Made by a program: the position numbers and the translations under genes. Below, piece by piece: positions 17,972 to 27,478 of a stretch of DNA of 64,000 bases. The stretch is from Obrimoposthia wandeli (taxonomy: Eukaryota), in contig CDROCS010005781.1 of the NCBI GenBank assembly GCA_977020255.1, forward strand, positions 62,001-126,000, given 5' to 3'. The notes beneath the pieces were generated by a model. That model was not told the origin of the DNA and made no database searches. It worked only from the letters and a program-made list of their open reading frames with translations. The first letter of the stretch is position 1, and each line of letters opens with the position of its first letter.

Positions 17972-18796
17972 TTATGCTTGAGTGCCAACATTAATCGGGG
18001 TGTTTTCATCGTTACCCCATTCGGCCCAAGAGCCTGCATAGGCTTTCATGTTTCGGCCTAAAATTTTACCGACAAGATAAGTGAATCCTGAGCGGTGGTG
18101 AGTCTGGCAATGGGTTGCGATTTCTTTGTCCTTGGTCAGACCTAAAGAATTTAATAAAGCATCAAATTCTTCTAAATTGTTAATTCGTAAACCTCGGTCG
18201 CTATCCATGCCTAGCGTCCATTCGTAGTTTACCGCTCCAGGAATATGACCACCGCGCGCAGAGATTACTTTTTCTCCGCTGTATTCTTTAGCTGAGCGAG
18301 CATCCCAGATAGCAAAGTCATCAGCGCCTAAACGCTCAATAATCTGTTCTTTGGTTAATTGAAAACCATCGGTCAGTTCAGCCACGGTATAATCACTTTT
18401 AACGGCCTCTTGTGGCCCTTGATCTGTCGCTAATCCTGCTTGTAACCAAGCATGAATACCGCCATTTAGATAAGAGTATCGAGTATGGCCAATAGCATCT
18501 AAAGCCCAAATTAAGCGCCCAGCCCAGCCACCGCCTTCATCATCATAAACAATAACGTGTTTATCTAAAGTAAGGCCGAGGTTGGAAAATACGATGCTTA
18601 GTTGTTCTAAGCTAGGCAATGCGCCTGGGGTCGGTTTTTGGCCTAGTTGTAGATCTTTAAAGTCTAAATGCACAGCACCGGGGATGTGTGCATTTAAGAA
18701 AGTCTCTAGCTTACCCTGGTCGATAATCAGTAAGTTTTCATCGGCCAAAAAAGGTTGCAGTTCTTCTGGTTCAATTAAAAGTGGGTAAGTCGACAT
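17972..18796 (-). CDS. rhdA: Two-domain rhodanese / thiosulfate sulfurtransferase
   Basis: HIPGA twice and active-site HCQTHHRSG. Probable start MSTYP at 18796. Confidence 0.88.
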   Translation of the reverse strand: MSTYPLLIEPEELQPFLADENLLIIDQGKLETFLNAHIPGAVHLDFKDLQLGQKPTPGALPSLEQLSIVFSNLGLTLDKHVIVYDDEGGGWAGRLIWALDAIGHTRYSYLNGGIHAWLQAGLATDQGPQEAVKSDYTVAELTDGFQLTKEQIIERLGADDFAIWDARSAKEYSGEKVISARGGHIPGAVNYEWTLGMDSDRGLRINNLEEFDALLNSLGLTKDKEIATHCQTHHRSGFTYLVGKILGRNMKAYAGSWAEWGNDENTPINVGTQA

Positions 18797-18882
18797 AGTG
18801 CCATCCAGTGCCATCGGTAGATAGTATTCAATATTGACCCGCATTGTACTATCGCTATTTGCACTCTGGCAAATAGCGTCTG

Positions 18883-20556
18883 TTAGGCTTGACGCTGATT
18901 TGCCTTACCATTATTCGCCTTCATTTTCTTTTGAGTTGCACTGGCCAGCTTACTTAAGCTTTTACTGGCGGCGAGGCAGAGGGATTTGAATGCCATATAT
19001 TCAGCTGGCTGCATCGGTGGATGATGAGGCGCGCTGCCAAGATCGGCAAAAATAATTCCGATAGGGCGATCATTTGAGAACAGAGACATCATCATAAATT
19101 GTTCGGGTAATACATTTTGCTTCGTGGCTGGGACACCTCTGAGCATTTTTTCTCTGTTTTGGTCGGTAATCATTAAACTGGCGGGTTTCTCCAGCATTTT
19201 TTTGAAAATACTCACTTTATCTAAACCAATGCCAAAGTGGCATAGAGGGTCTGTCTCTGCGAGCCCTTGCTGGTAATAGACTTTGGCCGCATTACCTGCT
19301 TTATTTTGCACCATAATGTAGGCGTGTTTAAGACCGATGCCTTCGGTAATACCTTTTAAAACAGAGCGCATTAAATAATGCCAATCACCAAAACTTTCGG
19401 GCGTTTCATTCAGCTGCTGCATTAAGCGTTTTAATATTTGTTGATCAATATTACGTTCTTTAAGCTTGAACGTAGGCTTAGGAACGGCTTTTGGAGAGGG
19501 TGGCTCCGTTATGAATTCGGCGGGATTTTTCTCACAGAGATAAACTAAGCCTTTGGGTGCTGACGTATTTGTTGGCGCGAGTAGTGTTAAAATTGCGGTT
19601 AAGTGATGGCCTTCTCTGGCCAGCTGCAAGTTCATTGCCACCATCTCGTGGTGAAGCTGTTGTGCATCACAATTAAGAAAGTGCGCGCTTAAGCATAACC
19701 AGCGTTTGGTTTTAAAGCGGTAGGCTCCTAGCTGATATTGGCTAGCCAAAGCATTGGCCATATAAATTAGCATTTCAGGCTGCTGGCATTGATGCTTTAA
19801 AGCGCGGTGGTCTTCTATGCTGGTGAGCTTTTGTGCCCGCAGAACCTTCCATTCTTTAGCTTTAGGCCAGCATTGCTGCTGCCATAATGACTGACAAATA
19901 TTGGGTAATGCTAATGCGTGGGCCAGCTTCTCCCATTGCCCAAGACGGCTTTTTGTGAGCTTACCAAAACCGGCTTCTAAGGCAGGAATTAAATCTTTTC
20001 CTTGGCTCATGTGATTGAATGATTCTTGGCTGGCGCTGACCTGTAACAACTGCCAAGGCCACAATGGTGCCGAGGCTAGCATGGCTGACCATTGTGCTTG
20101 ATGTTGATTTAAACCCGGTTTATTTTTTGCCCATTGGGCCGCAATACGTCCTGCCAGTACAGCCGTATACAGCAGGGCCATATAGTTACGTTCTGAGCGA
20201 TTTTTGGGCGAGGCATCTAATGCTGGCAACTGTTTGACCAGCTTGACCACTTCCTCCATGCCGAGCAATGATATACAGCCTGCGGCGGTATTTATCTGCT
20301 CTAAGCTGGCGGGATTTCTCTGTTTAATACGCAGCAGCATATGCAAGCAAATCGCGGGATCTTGCTCTGCAATTGCGGCCAAACCATCAAAACTCAGACT
20401 GGCTTTGCGCATTAACTGCTGGAATGCTTTTCGCGTACTTGGCAATAACGGGAATTGTTGAAATTCCAGTATGTTTTGCCAATCTTCTGCGTCAGGCAGT
20501 GAATATGTCTTACTTGTATTTAATGTCATCTGTGTATTTGAGAAAACCCTAAACAT
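18883..20556 (-). CDS. HDOD domain signal-transduction protein with a C-terminal GAF-like region
   Basis: LAAIAEQDPAICLHMLL, ISLLGMEEV. Conserved position beside motAB. Confidence 0.75.
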   Translation of the reverse strand: MFRVFSNTQMTLNTSKTYSLPDAEDWQNILEFQQFPLLPSTRKAFQQLMRKASLSFDGLAAIAEQDPAICLHMLLRIKQRNPASLEQINTAAGCISLLGMEEVVKLVKQLPALDASPKNRSERNYMALLYTAVLAGRIAAQWAKNKPGLNQHQAQWSAMLASAPLWPWQLLQVSASQESFNHMSQGKDLIPALEAGFGKLTKSRLGQWEKLAHALALPNICQSLWQQQCWPKAKEWKVLRAQKLTSIEDHRALKHQCQQPEMLIYMANALASQYQLGAYRFKTKRWLCLSAHFLNCDAQQLHHEMVAMNLQLAREGHHLTAILTLLAPTNTSAPKGLVYLCEKNPAEFITEPPSPKAVPKPTFKLKERNIDQQILKRLMQQLNETPESFGDWHYLMRSVLKGITEGIGLKHAYIMVQNKAGNAAKVYYQQGLAETDPLCHFGIGLDKVSIFKKMLEKPASLMITDQNREKMLRGVPATKQNVLPEQFMMMSLFSNDRPIGIIFADLGSAPHHPPMQPAEYMAFKSLCLAASKSLSKLASATQKKMKANNGKANQRQA

Positions 20557-20678
20557 AACCTTTACTTACTATAGTCAGTTTCTTTGAAGCTGCTTATTTT
20601 CCTAACATGACTTTCAAAGCATCTTGAAACGTATCTTAAAGTTTAGGGACATCCGTTGAATAACCAGGAACGGTTTAC

Positions 20679-21530
20679 ATGCTGTTTATAATCGGAATTA
20701 TTGTTGTATTTGGTAGTGTTGGCTGGGGCTTTGTATTGTCTCATGGTCAGCTGGCAGCGCTGTGGCAGCCATTTGAGGTTTTGATTATTGTAGGGTCTGC
20801 CGTGGGTGCTTATCTAATATCGAATCCTTTTCATCTCATTATCGATACCTTGAAATTAATGCCACAAGTCATTTTGGGCTCGAAAGTCAATAAAGCCATG
20901 TGCATTGATGTACTGAGTTTGATCTTTGATATTCTTAATAAATCACGTCGTGAAGGCATGATGGCGATTGAAGCCGATGTTGAAAATCCACACGCCAGTG
21001 CGATTTTTGCACGTTACCCTGCGATATTAATGAATGATACCTTGGCGCGTTTTATTGCAGATTATTTCCGAATAATTTCTTCTGGCAACCTAGCCTCGCA
21101 TGAATTGGAAGCGCTAATGGATCAAGAAATCGAAGCGCGTTTACATGAGCTAGAACAGCCGGGTGCAGCATTAGGTAAAGTCGCTGACGCACTGCCAGGC
21201 TTTGGTATTGTTGCGGCGGTACTCGGTATTGTTATTACCATGGCCTCCATTGGCGGTGATCCTGCGGTTATTGGTAAGCATGTTGCTGCGGCCTTAGTCG
21301 GAACCTTTATGGGGGTCTTATTTGCGTATGGACTAGTAGGTCCTATTAGTACTCGCATGAAACACATTGCGGAAGATGAAATTAAATTATACGACGCAGT
21401 AAAAGCCTCCATTATTGCTTCTATGAATGGTTTAGCACCTCAGCTAGCGATTGAGTTTGGTCGTAAATCATTATTCACCCATGGTCGTCCTTCTTTTGAT
21501 GAAGTGGATAGCAAGGTTCGTGGGCGCTAA
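20679..21530 (+). CDS. motA: Flagellar stator MotA
   Basis: LWQPFEVLII, DALPGFGIVAAVLG, ALVGTFMG, AIEFGRK. Confidence 0.95.
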   Translation: MLFIIGIIVVFGSVGWGFVLSHGQLAALWQPFEVLIIVGSAVGAYLISNPFHLIIDTLKLMPQVILGSKVNKAMCIDVLSLIFDILNKSRREGMMAIEADVENPHASAIFARYPAILMNDTLARFIADYFRIISSGNLASHELEALMDQEIEARLHELEQPGAALGKVADALPGFGIVAAVLGIVITMASIGGDPAVIGKHVAAALVGTFMGVLFAYGLVGPISTRMKHIAEDEIKLYDAVKASIIASMNGLAPQLAIEFGRKSLFTHGRPSFDEVDSKVRGR

Positions 21531-21557
21531 TATGATGATGCTAGAAAAGAGGTCGGC

Positions 21558-22595
21558 ATGGAGAATTTAGGCCAGCGTAATATCATCGTTAGGCGTATTA
21601 AAAAAAATCGTCATGAAGAGCACGGTGGTGCTTGGAAAGTAGCGATGGCCGATTTCGCCATTGCCATGATGGCATTATTTATTGTGCTCTGGTTAACCAA
21701 CTCTACCAATGAAGCAGAGCGTGAAGCGATTGCAGGTTATTTTCAAGATCCACAAGCGTATGAAGATGGAAAGCGTATGCCGAGTGCTTATGTTATTGAT
21801 TTGGGAGGCACTCCTACCACCGCAGATAATCATGCAGTTTCTGAAACCCTCGACCCAGAAAAAATCTTGCAAGCGGAAGAAATTGAAAGCCTAGCAGAAG
21901 CGATAGAGCGTCAGCGACTAGAGAAATTAAAGGCAGAAATCGAAGCTAAGATTGAAGCGAGCCCAACATTAAGTCCGTTTAAAGATCAGATGACCATTGA
22001 TATCACAACCGAAGGTTTGCGTATTCAAATTGTCGATCAAACAAATCGCCCGATGTTTAATGCGGGTAGTGCCGTTTTAAAATATTACAGCGAAGATATT
22101 CTGTATGAATTAGCACCCATGTTGATGACGGTAGACAATAAATTATCCATCACAGGGCATACCGATGCGGACGCGTATTATGAAAATAATCCAGAAGATG
22201 ATGTGAATTGGGAACTGTCAGCCCGCCGGGCGAACTCAGCACGCCGAGCATTGATGGAGGCGGGGATAGAGAAATCACAAATTGGGCAGATATTAGGCAT
22301 GGGAGATACCGCCCCGCTGGATGTTAATAATCCAGAAAGCGACATTAACCGTCGTATCGCCATTGTATTGCTGAATAAAAAAGCTCAAGAAGGCCTTGCA
22401 TCACGCACGGGAACCAGTAATTCAGGGATTAAATTTGTCAACGATGGCAAAGGAGCCGTTGATAGTAAAAATAAAGATGTTCGTAAACCAGTAATTAATA
22501 CGTCGGGTTCACTCATTAAAGATTTAAAAGATGATCGCGAGCGTTTAGATAATAGCTACGATAGCCCCCCGAACGAGGAAGAAAGTTTCTGGTAA
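21558..22595 (+). CDS. motB: Flagellar stator MotB
   Basis: HGGAWKVAMADFAIAMMALF and OmpA-like GHTDA...NWELSARRAN. Confidence 0.95.
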   Translation: MENLGQRNIIVRRIKKNRHEEHGGAWKVAMADFAIAMMALFIVLWLTNSTNEAEREAIAGYFQDPQAYEDGKRMPSAYVIDLGGTPTTADNHAVSETLDPEKILQAEEIESLAEAIERQRLEKLKAEIEAKIEASPTLSPFKDQMTIDITTEGLRIQIVDQTNRPMFNAGSAVLKYYSEDILYELAPMLMTVDNKLSITGHTDADAYYENNPEDDVNWELSARRANSARRALMEAGIEKSQIGQILGMGDTAPLDVNNPESDINRRIAIVLLNKKAQEGLASRTGTSNSGIKFVNDGKGAVDSKNKDVRKPVINTSGSLIKDLKDDRERLDNSYDSPPNEEESFW

Positions 22596-22649
22596 AAAAT
22601 AAAATGAGTATAGTCAGTAATTATTTAGCGAACCGCCTAGTATTACTTC

Positions 22650-22991
22650 CCATAGGCATATCTGAAGCAGACGCCGACCTAATCGCTATACCGTATTTTT
22701 GGTGCGGCGGTCGAAAAAGAACTGAAAAAAGAACTGAAAAAAGAACTGAAAAAAGAATACAGCAAGATCGATTGTGATGCCGAAACCTGCAACCAGAATG
22801 TCGCCATCGCCTTTAACGGCGAACTGATTGCCGAAGCTGTGACAGCTTCAGCGTAATGGGGCGATAGCAAAACCCTGTCACTACCCCTGAGTGACATCAT
22901 AAAAGAACTCGGCATGAAATTTGTGAAAATCCCTGCGCCAGCTTTCAAATGGGCAGTAATGACGTGGACAACGAAAAACCGATTCACAGTG
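22650..22991 (+). pseudogene. Degraded ORF remnant of unknown family
   Basis: One frame reads RIFGAAVEKELKKELKKELKKEYSKIDCDAETCNQNVAIAFNGELIAEAVTASA*WGDSK..., with no start and an internal stop. Confidence 0.4.
22714..22757 (+). repeat. 12-bp tandem repeat AAAAAGAACTGA x3.7
   Basis: Read directly from the sequence. Confidence 0.92.
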
Positions 22992-23082
22992 TGAATGTGC
23001 CTGCTTTTAAAATCATGACTACTTTTTATTTAAGTCGAAATAAAAAGCCATCTCTTTAAATAATGAAACAAGGGCATGGGCT

Positions 23083-24573
23083 TTATGTCATTACAAATCG
23101 ATGCTGACTCAGCGCCTGCATGTACTCTAAGCGATGCGAATGTCTAACGACGGCCCAAGGGTAACCCCCCATGACAAACAAAAAGTTCATTAAAAATCTG
23201 GCGCTTCTGCCATTGCCATCAAAGTAAGGATGGATATAGCCAATAAACCAATGAGCCAGAATAGCTCGGACAATAGGGTTTTCTTCACCTGAGATAAGTT
23301 CTTTCAATGCCGACATACAGTCCATTATATGCTCGCTTGCCGGAGGAACATGTTTTGAGCCACGAATATAAATCGGGCCTTTACGGTATCCCGCAATATC
23401 TTCAATTTTAATGATGCCTACATCAACGCATGGCTGGAATAAGGCCGTAGCCCATTCGGTTAAGCCGACGCCAACAAGGTACTCCAAATCATCCTCTTTA
23501 TTTTTATGAGCCTCCTGCAGAAGTGCGCAGACCTTATTGAATGCGCCGCGATAGCCCTTTGCGGCAAGCGTATCTTTGGCATTTTTATCTTGCTGAATTG
23601 TTTCAGGCGACCAATCGCCTTTAGCGACCTTCTCAATAAGCTCGGTCGTTACTTTATAGCCTTCAATGGAAAGAGAGTTGTAGGCGTCTTTGACATAAAT
23701 GTCGTCGATCATACTCAGAGTCTCTTTAATATTTCGGTCTAAAAATACAAAATCAGGGGTATACCCAGCAAAAATATCGCACACGTCGCCTCTAACATGT
23801 GCCCATGAAATCCTGATGCGAGTAGCTGCCGGTGATTCTTTTTTGTTCATTCCAAGCGAATGGTGCATTATGTGGGGCTTTACGGGGGCGACAGCCCGTG
23901 GCCACAAAGTATTCATGGTTGTGAGTAAATTTCTGGCTTCTACTTTTCTACCAATGGCTAATAAAGCACCGCAAAGTCTGTTCCCCGCAGTCAGTTTCTT
24001 TTTGATACTCACCGCTTTTGTTAGCTCGCTAATATCAACCATTTTCATAGCCAGTTGTGTGCCAACGATGTTATTAGCAAAAGACATTGGCCCTACCAGC
24101 ACCAAAGCACTCTCTAGTGAATGAACGTTAATACCATTCAATTTTTCTATTTGGTACGGCCTATTGGTAGACGAGGCGATAAACAAGCTCATTCCGTTGG
24201 GCATATTAATCGTTCGAGAAGATGATTTATCGGCATAAACGATAATTTGAGGGGGGAGATTGTTATTACACGTATGGATATCCAGAGAAGTCTCGGGGCT
24301 TAGCCAATAATCAGGCCCGCACATAGTTTCAACGTACTGGGCAATGAAATGCCAAATTGAATCAAACCATAATGCCGATTCTCCGGCACGTTCTTGGGAT
24401 ACATCGGCATCCAGCAGATACCAGCCTCGAATGATTTGCTTCAAGTATCCTTTATTCACCAGAAGTGTTCTTTGAGTGGCCGTTATCGCGACGGATTGAA
24501 CGATATTATTCAACTCCGCCTTTTTTGCCGCCTGCAGTGCTTCCACTAGTAGATGATCTGTTGTTTTAGCCAC
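23083..24573 (-). CDS. Large Fic-family protein with an N-terminal HTH/AbiEi-like region; C-terminus probably frameshifted
   Basis: Intact Fic motif HPYFDGNGRSAR and GTG start. The alternative frame after QAL reads (E)SASICNDIKP. Confidence 0.85.
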   Translation of the reverse strand: MAKTTDHLLVEALQAAKKAELNNIVQSVAITATQRTLLVNKGYLKQIIRGWYLLDADVSQERAGESALWFDSIWHFIAQYVETMCGPDYWLSPETSLDIHTCNNNLPPQIIVYADKSSSRTINMPNGMSLFIASSTNRPYQIEKLNGINVHSLESALVLVGPMSFANNIVGTQLAMKMVDISELTKAVSIKKKLTAGNRLCGALLAIGRKVEARNLLTTMNTLWPRAVAPVKPHIMHHSLGMNKKESPAATRIRISWAHVRGDVCDIFAGYTPDFVFLDRNIKETLSMIDDIYVKDAYNSLSIEGYKVTTELIEKVAKGDWSPETIQQDKNAKDTLAAKGYRGAFNKVCALLQEAHKNKEDDLEYLVGVGLTEWATALFQPCVDVGIIKIEDIAGYRKGPIYIRGSKHVPPASEHIMDCMSALKELISGEENPIVRAILAHWFIGYIHPYFDGNGRSARFLMNFLFVMGGYPWAVVRHSHRLEYMQALSQHRFVMT

Positions 24574-24800
24574 AAAATTGTACCTCCATATCGATTCTTA
24601 AATCATAGCAGTTAAGAGGTTGTATATCCTGTAGTTACGCATTTTAACACTTTGCCGCCGCTACCGCAGTTATGCATTTAAAATCTATGCAGGTTACAAT
24701 GATTCAATATGCCAGAATTATCTGGTCGCATTCCATACTTATGCAGCGGATGCTAGCAGCGATGCTTCCTTCTTGGAGGGGTTGGGGCTCCCATTAATAT

Positions 24801-25079
24801 TTACTCATAAACATCTTTTCGATGTCCTACGCGTAAAACAAGCACGACGAGTTTGTCATCTTCAATAGCGCTTATTATTCGGTAATTACGAAAGGGGTAG
24901 CGCCACAATTCTGTTAAGTCTTGGGATACGAAGTTAATGGCGTGAGGTACTTGTCTCTCTCATTTCAGCAAGTATACTAAAATAGCTTTTCTGGCATAAA
25001 ACGTTTTTGTGCGCCCTGTTTGAGCTGCTAAAGTATTTAATCTCGTTTCTATGTCTTTTGGTAGTCGAATTGCTAGCAC
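24801..25079 (-). pseudogene. Collapsed RelB/StbD-RelE/StbE toxin-antitoxin remnant
   Basis: 25079-24960 reads MLAIRLPKDIETRLNTLAAQTGRTKTFYARKAIL (RHH antitoxin N-terminus). After the stop, in frame, it reads ...LWRYPFRNYRIISAIEDDKLVVLVLRVGHRKDVYE* (RelE C-terminus). Confidence 0.85.
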
Positions 25080-25276
25080 AATATTCTTCCGCTATACGTG
25101 TATTGCATAGCGGTTATTTATTTAAATTGCACCGTACGTATAGTACAGACCATGCGATGCAAGCTTAAAAACCCTTATCAAATTCCCCCAGCGTCGACAA
25201 AATACGCTTATAACTATTAAAACGTAATTGACTGATCTTGCCTTGCTTTTCTGGGTGCCACAGATCGCGCACTTTT

Positions 25277-26209
25277 CTAACTCGTTAACGCCGACAATCG
25301 CGGAACAGTACCAATCATGTCACGCAATTCTTTAAAGCCATACAGCACATCATCAGGTTCCATGTGCCACAAACCAAATTCACGAATTCCTGGGGAATCG
25401 ATTAAGTCACCGCCTGCTGGGAAGTGATATAAGCGTGCGGTAGTGGTCGTATGGCGGCCTTTCTTACTGGCGACAGAAAGAGGACCAACTCGCAACTCTT
25501 GCTTCGGTAGTAGAACTTGAATCAAGCTCGATTTACCTACGCCAGATTGGCCAACAAAAACGCTGATGCGACCATTGAGCTTTTGCTTCAGCTCTTCTAG
25601 ACCATCTTCTTGCGTGATCGACAACGTCATCGTTTGATAACCCAGCTTCTCATAATCCGCCATCATATTGCGCATATAAGGGCCAGATACTTCATCGAGT
25701 AAGTCTGTTTTATTGAGCAGAATAATCGGCTCGATGTTGCAGTTCTCTGCGGCCACCAAATAGCGGTCAATCAGGTTCGGATGCACCACCGGTTCGCAGG
25801 CGACTACCAAAACGATAAAGTCGATATTCGCCGCAACGGGCTTAATCTCGTTATAAGGATTTGGGCGTGACAGTTCGCTATCGCGCGGTAAAATCGCGAC
25901 CACAACCCCCAGCTCACTTTTCTCCATGCGATAGACGACGCGGTCACCTGTTACTAGAGAACCTAGGTTCGCTCGCATGTGGCAACGACGAGTATCATCA
26001 AAGATACCCTTTTCGATGCTATCGAGGGATTCGACTTCTACTTGCGTGCCAAAGTGCGCGATGATTATGCCCTGTAATTCGGGGCCTAATTCATTGCCAG
26101 TTAGCTGCTCAGTAATGTCTGATTCTTTACGAGTCGCACGGTCGGTACGTTCTTGTTGAATCTTTTCGATACGCCATTTCTGACGTTTATTTAATTTTCT
26201 TTTAGCCAT
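25277..26209 (-). CDS. rsgA: Ribosome small subunit-dependent GTPase A; native C-terminus (to 25165) broken by frameshifts
   Basis: [29 protein letters not shown]. Probable start MAKRKL at 26209. Zinc-finger remnants lie in shifted frames. Confidence 0.92.
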   Translation of the reverse strand: MAKRKLNKRQKWRIEKIQQERTDRATRKESDITEQLTGNELGPELQGIIIAHFGTQVEVESLDSIEKGIFDDTRRCHMRANLGSLVTGDRVVYRMEKSELGVVVAILPRDSELSRPNPYNEIKPVAANIDFIVLVVACEPVVHPNLIDRYLVAAENCNIEPIILLNKTDLLDEVSGPYMRNMMADYEKLGYQTMTLSITQEDGLEELKQKLNGRISVFVGQSGVGKSSLIQVLLPKQELRVGPLSVASKKGRHTTTTARLYHFPAGGDLIDSPGIREFGLWHMEPDDVLYGFKELRDMIGTVPRLSALTS

Positions 26210-26284
26210 AACCGCTATTGTCGGTGTTGGCCGCGGCGGACGCAAGTTGCTAAACTACATACATTGATTAGGAGTGGTGAAAAA

Positions 26285-26827
26285 ATGAGTAGAACAGATA
26301 CCTTGGTCTGGATGGACCTAGAGATGACAGGGCTAGATCCTGAAGATAACGTGATCATCGAAATAGCCACTATTATTACCGATGATCAATTGAATATCGT
26401 CGCTGAAGGCCCCGTCATTGCTGTGCATCAGCCAGATTTTGAACTGGATAAAATGGACGAGTGGAACGTCAAAACTCACGGCGGTTCTGGCTTGGTTGAG
26501 CGTGTAAAAACCAGCACTGTGAGCATGGCAGAGGCCGAAAAGCTGACCTTAGAATTTATTGCTCAGCATGTAAAAAAAGGTCACTCACCGCTGTGTGGCA
26601 ACAGTATTCATCAAGATCGCCGCTTTTTAGTGAAGCAAATGCCGCTTTTAGAAGAATTTATGCATTATCGCAATATTGATGTCAGCACGTTAAAAGAGCT
26701 GGCGAAGCGCTGGAAGCCATCGATTTTGCCCGGCTTTAAAAAGAGTGGTTCGCACAAGGCGTTGGACGATATTTTAGAATCAATTGCAGAAATGAAGTAT
26801 TACCGTGAGCACTTTTTAGCCGATTAG
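26285..26827 (+). CDS. orn: Oligoribonuclease
   Basis: [44 protein letters not shown]. Confidence 0.97.
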   Translation: MSRTDTLVWMDLEMTGLDPEDNVIIEIATIITDDQLNIVAEGPVIAVHQPDFELDKMDEWNVKTHGGSGLVERVKTSTVSMAEAEKLTLEFIAQHVKKGHSPLCGNSIHQDRRFLVKQMPLLEEFMHYRNIDVSTLKELAKRWKPSILPGFKKSGSHKALDDILESIAEMKYYREHFLAD

Positions 26828-26845
26828 GCGCAAAGTCTTAGAATA

Positions 26846-26867
26846 GCCCCTCGGGAACATGAGGGGC
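26846..26867. terminator. GC-rich hairpin between convergent orn and LOG genes
   Basis: GCCCCTC-8 nt-GAGGGGC, without a U-tract. Confidence 0.4.
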
Positions 26868-26895
26868 GTCTTGCGAGCTATTTATTTTGAGCTGT

Positions 26896-27444
26896 CTATT
26901 TCGAGCTATCCGCTAACATCTGGTTTAACAGCTCATCGACATTATCACTGCGCAGCAATAGGTTCTTATCCTTTGGCAATAAAAAGCCCTCTTCTTCAGA
27001 GTGCGTTAACATTTTTAGCATCGGCGCAAAATAGTTATTCACATCCAATAGCGCGCACGGCTTATTATGAAATCCCAGTTTCTTCCAAGTATACACTTCA
27101 AAGAATTCCTCCAGCGTTCCCAAACCGCCAGGATAGGTAATAAAGCCTTCGGCTAAGCTCTCCATCATTGCTTTGCGCTGGTGCATAGTTTCGGTCACAT
27201 GAAGCTCTGACAGGCCCTTATGGAAGATCTCTTTATCGTGCAAAGCCTTGACGGTGACACCGATTACTTTCCCGCCTGCTGCGAGCACGCTATCAGCGAG
27301 CACTTTCATTAGGCCAGTATTCGAGCCGCCATACACACAGGTAATTTGGCGTTTAGCCAGTTCGGTGCCTAGTTGCTGAATAGTTTCTGCATAAATAGGA
27401 TTGGAGCCCATATTGGCTCCTAAAAAAACACAAATAGATTTCAT
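26896..27444 (-). CDS. LOG family (TIGR00730) nucleotide phosphoribohydrolase
   Basis: Probable start MKSICVFLG at 27444. VYGG..GLM, RKAMM, PGGLGTLEE. Confidence 0.9.
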   Translation of the reverse strand: MKSICVFLGANMGSNPIYAETIQQLGTELAKRQITCVYGGSNTGLMKVLADSVLAAGGKVIGVTVKALHDKEIFHKGLSELHVTETMHQRKAMMESLAEGFITYPGGLGTLEEFFEVYTWKKLGFHNKPCALLDVNNYFAPMLKMLTHSEEEGFLLPKDKNLLLRSDNVDELLNQMLADSSK

Positions 27445-27478
27445 TGTTGTAGGTGTACCAATGTTGTAGGTGTACCGA

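Noticed and set aside
22679-22987. 102-aa minus-strand ORF with FFSS repeats
   Set aside because: Reverse reading of the 12-bp repeat; the plus-strand frame is more protein-like.
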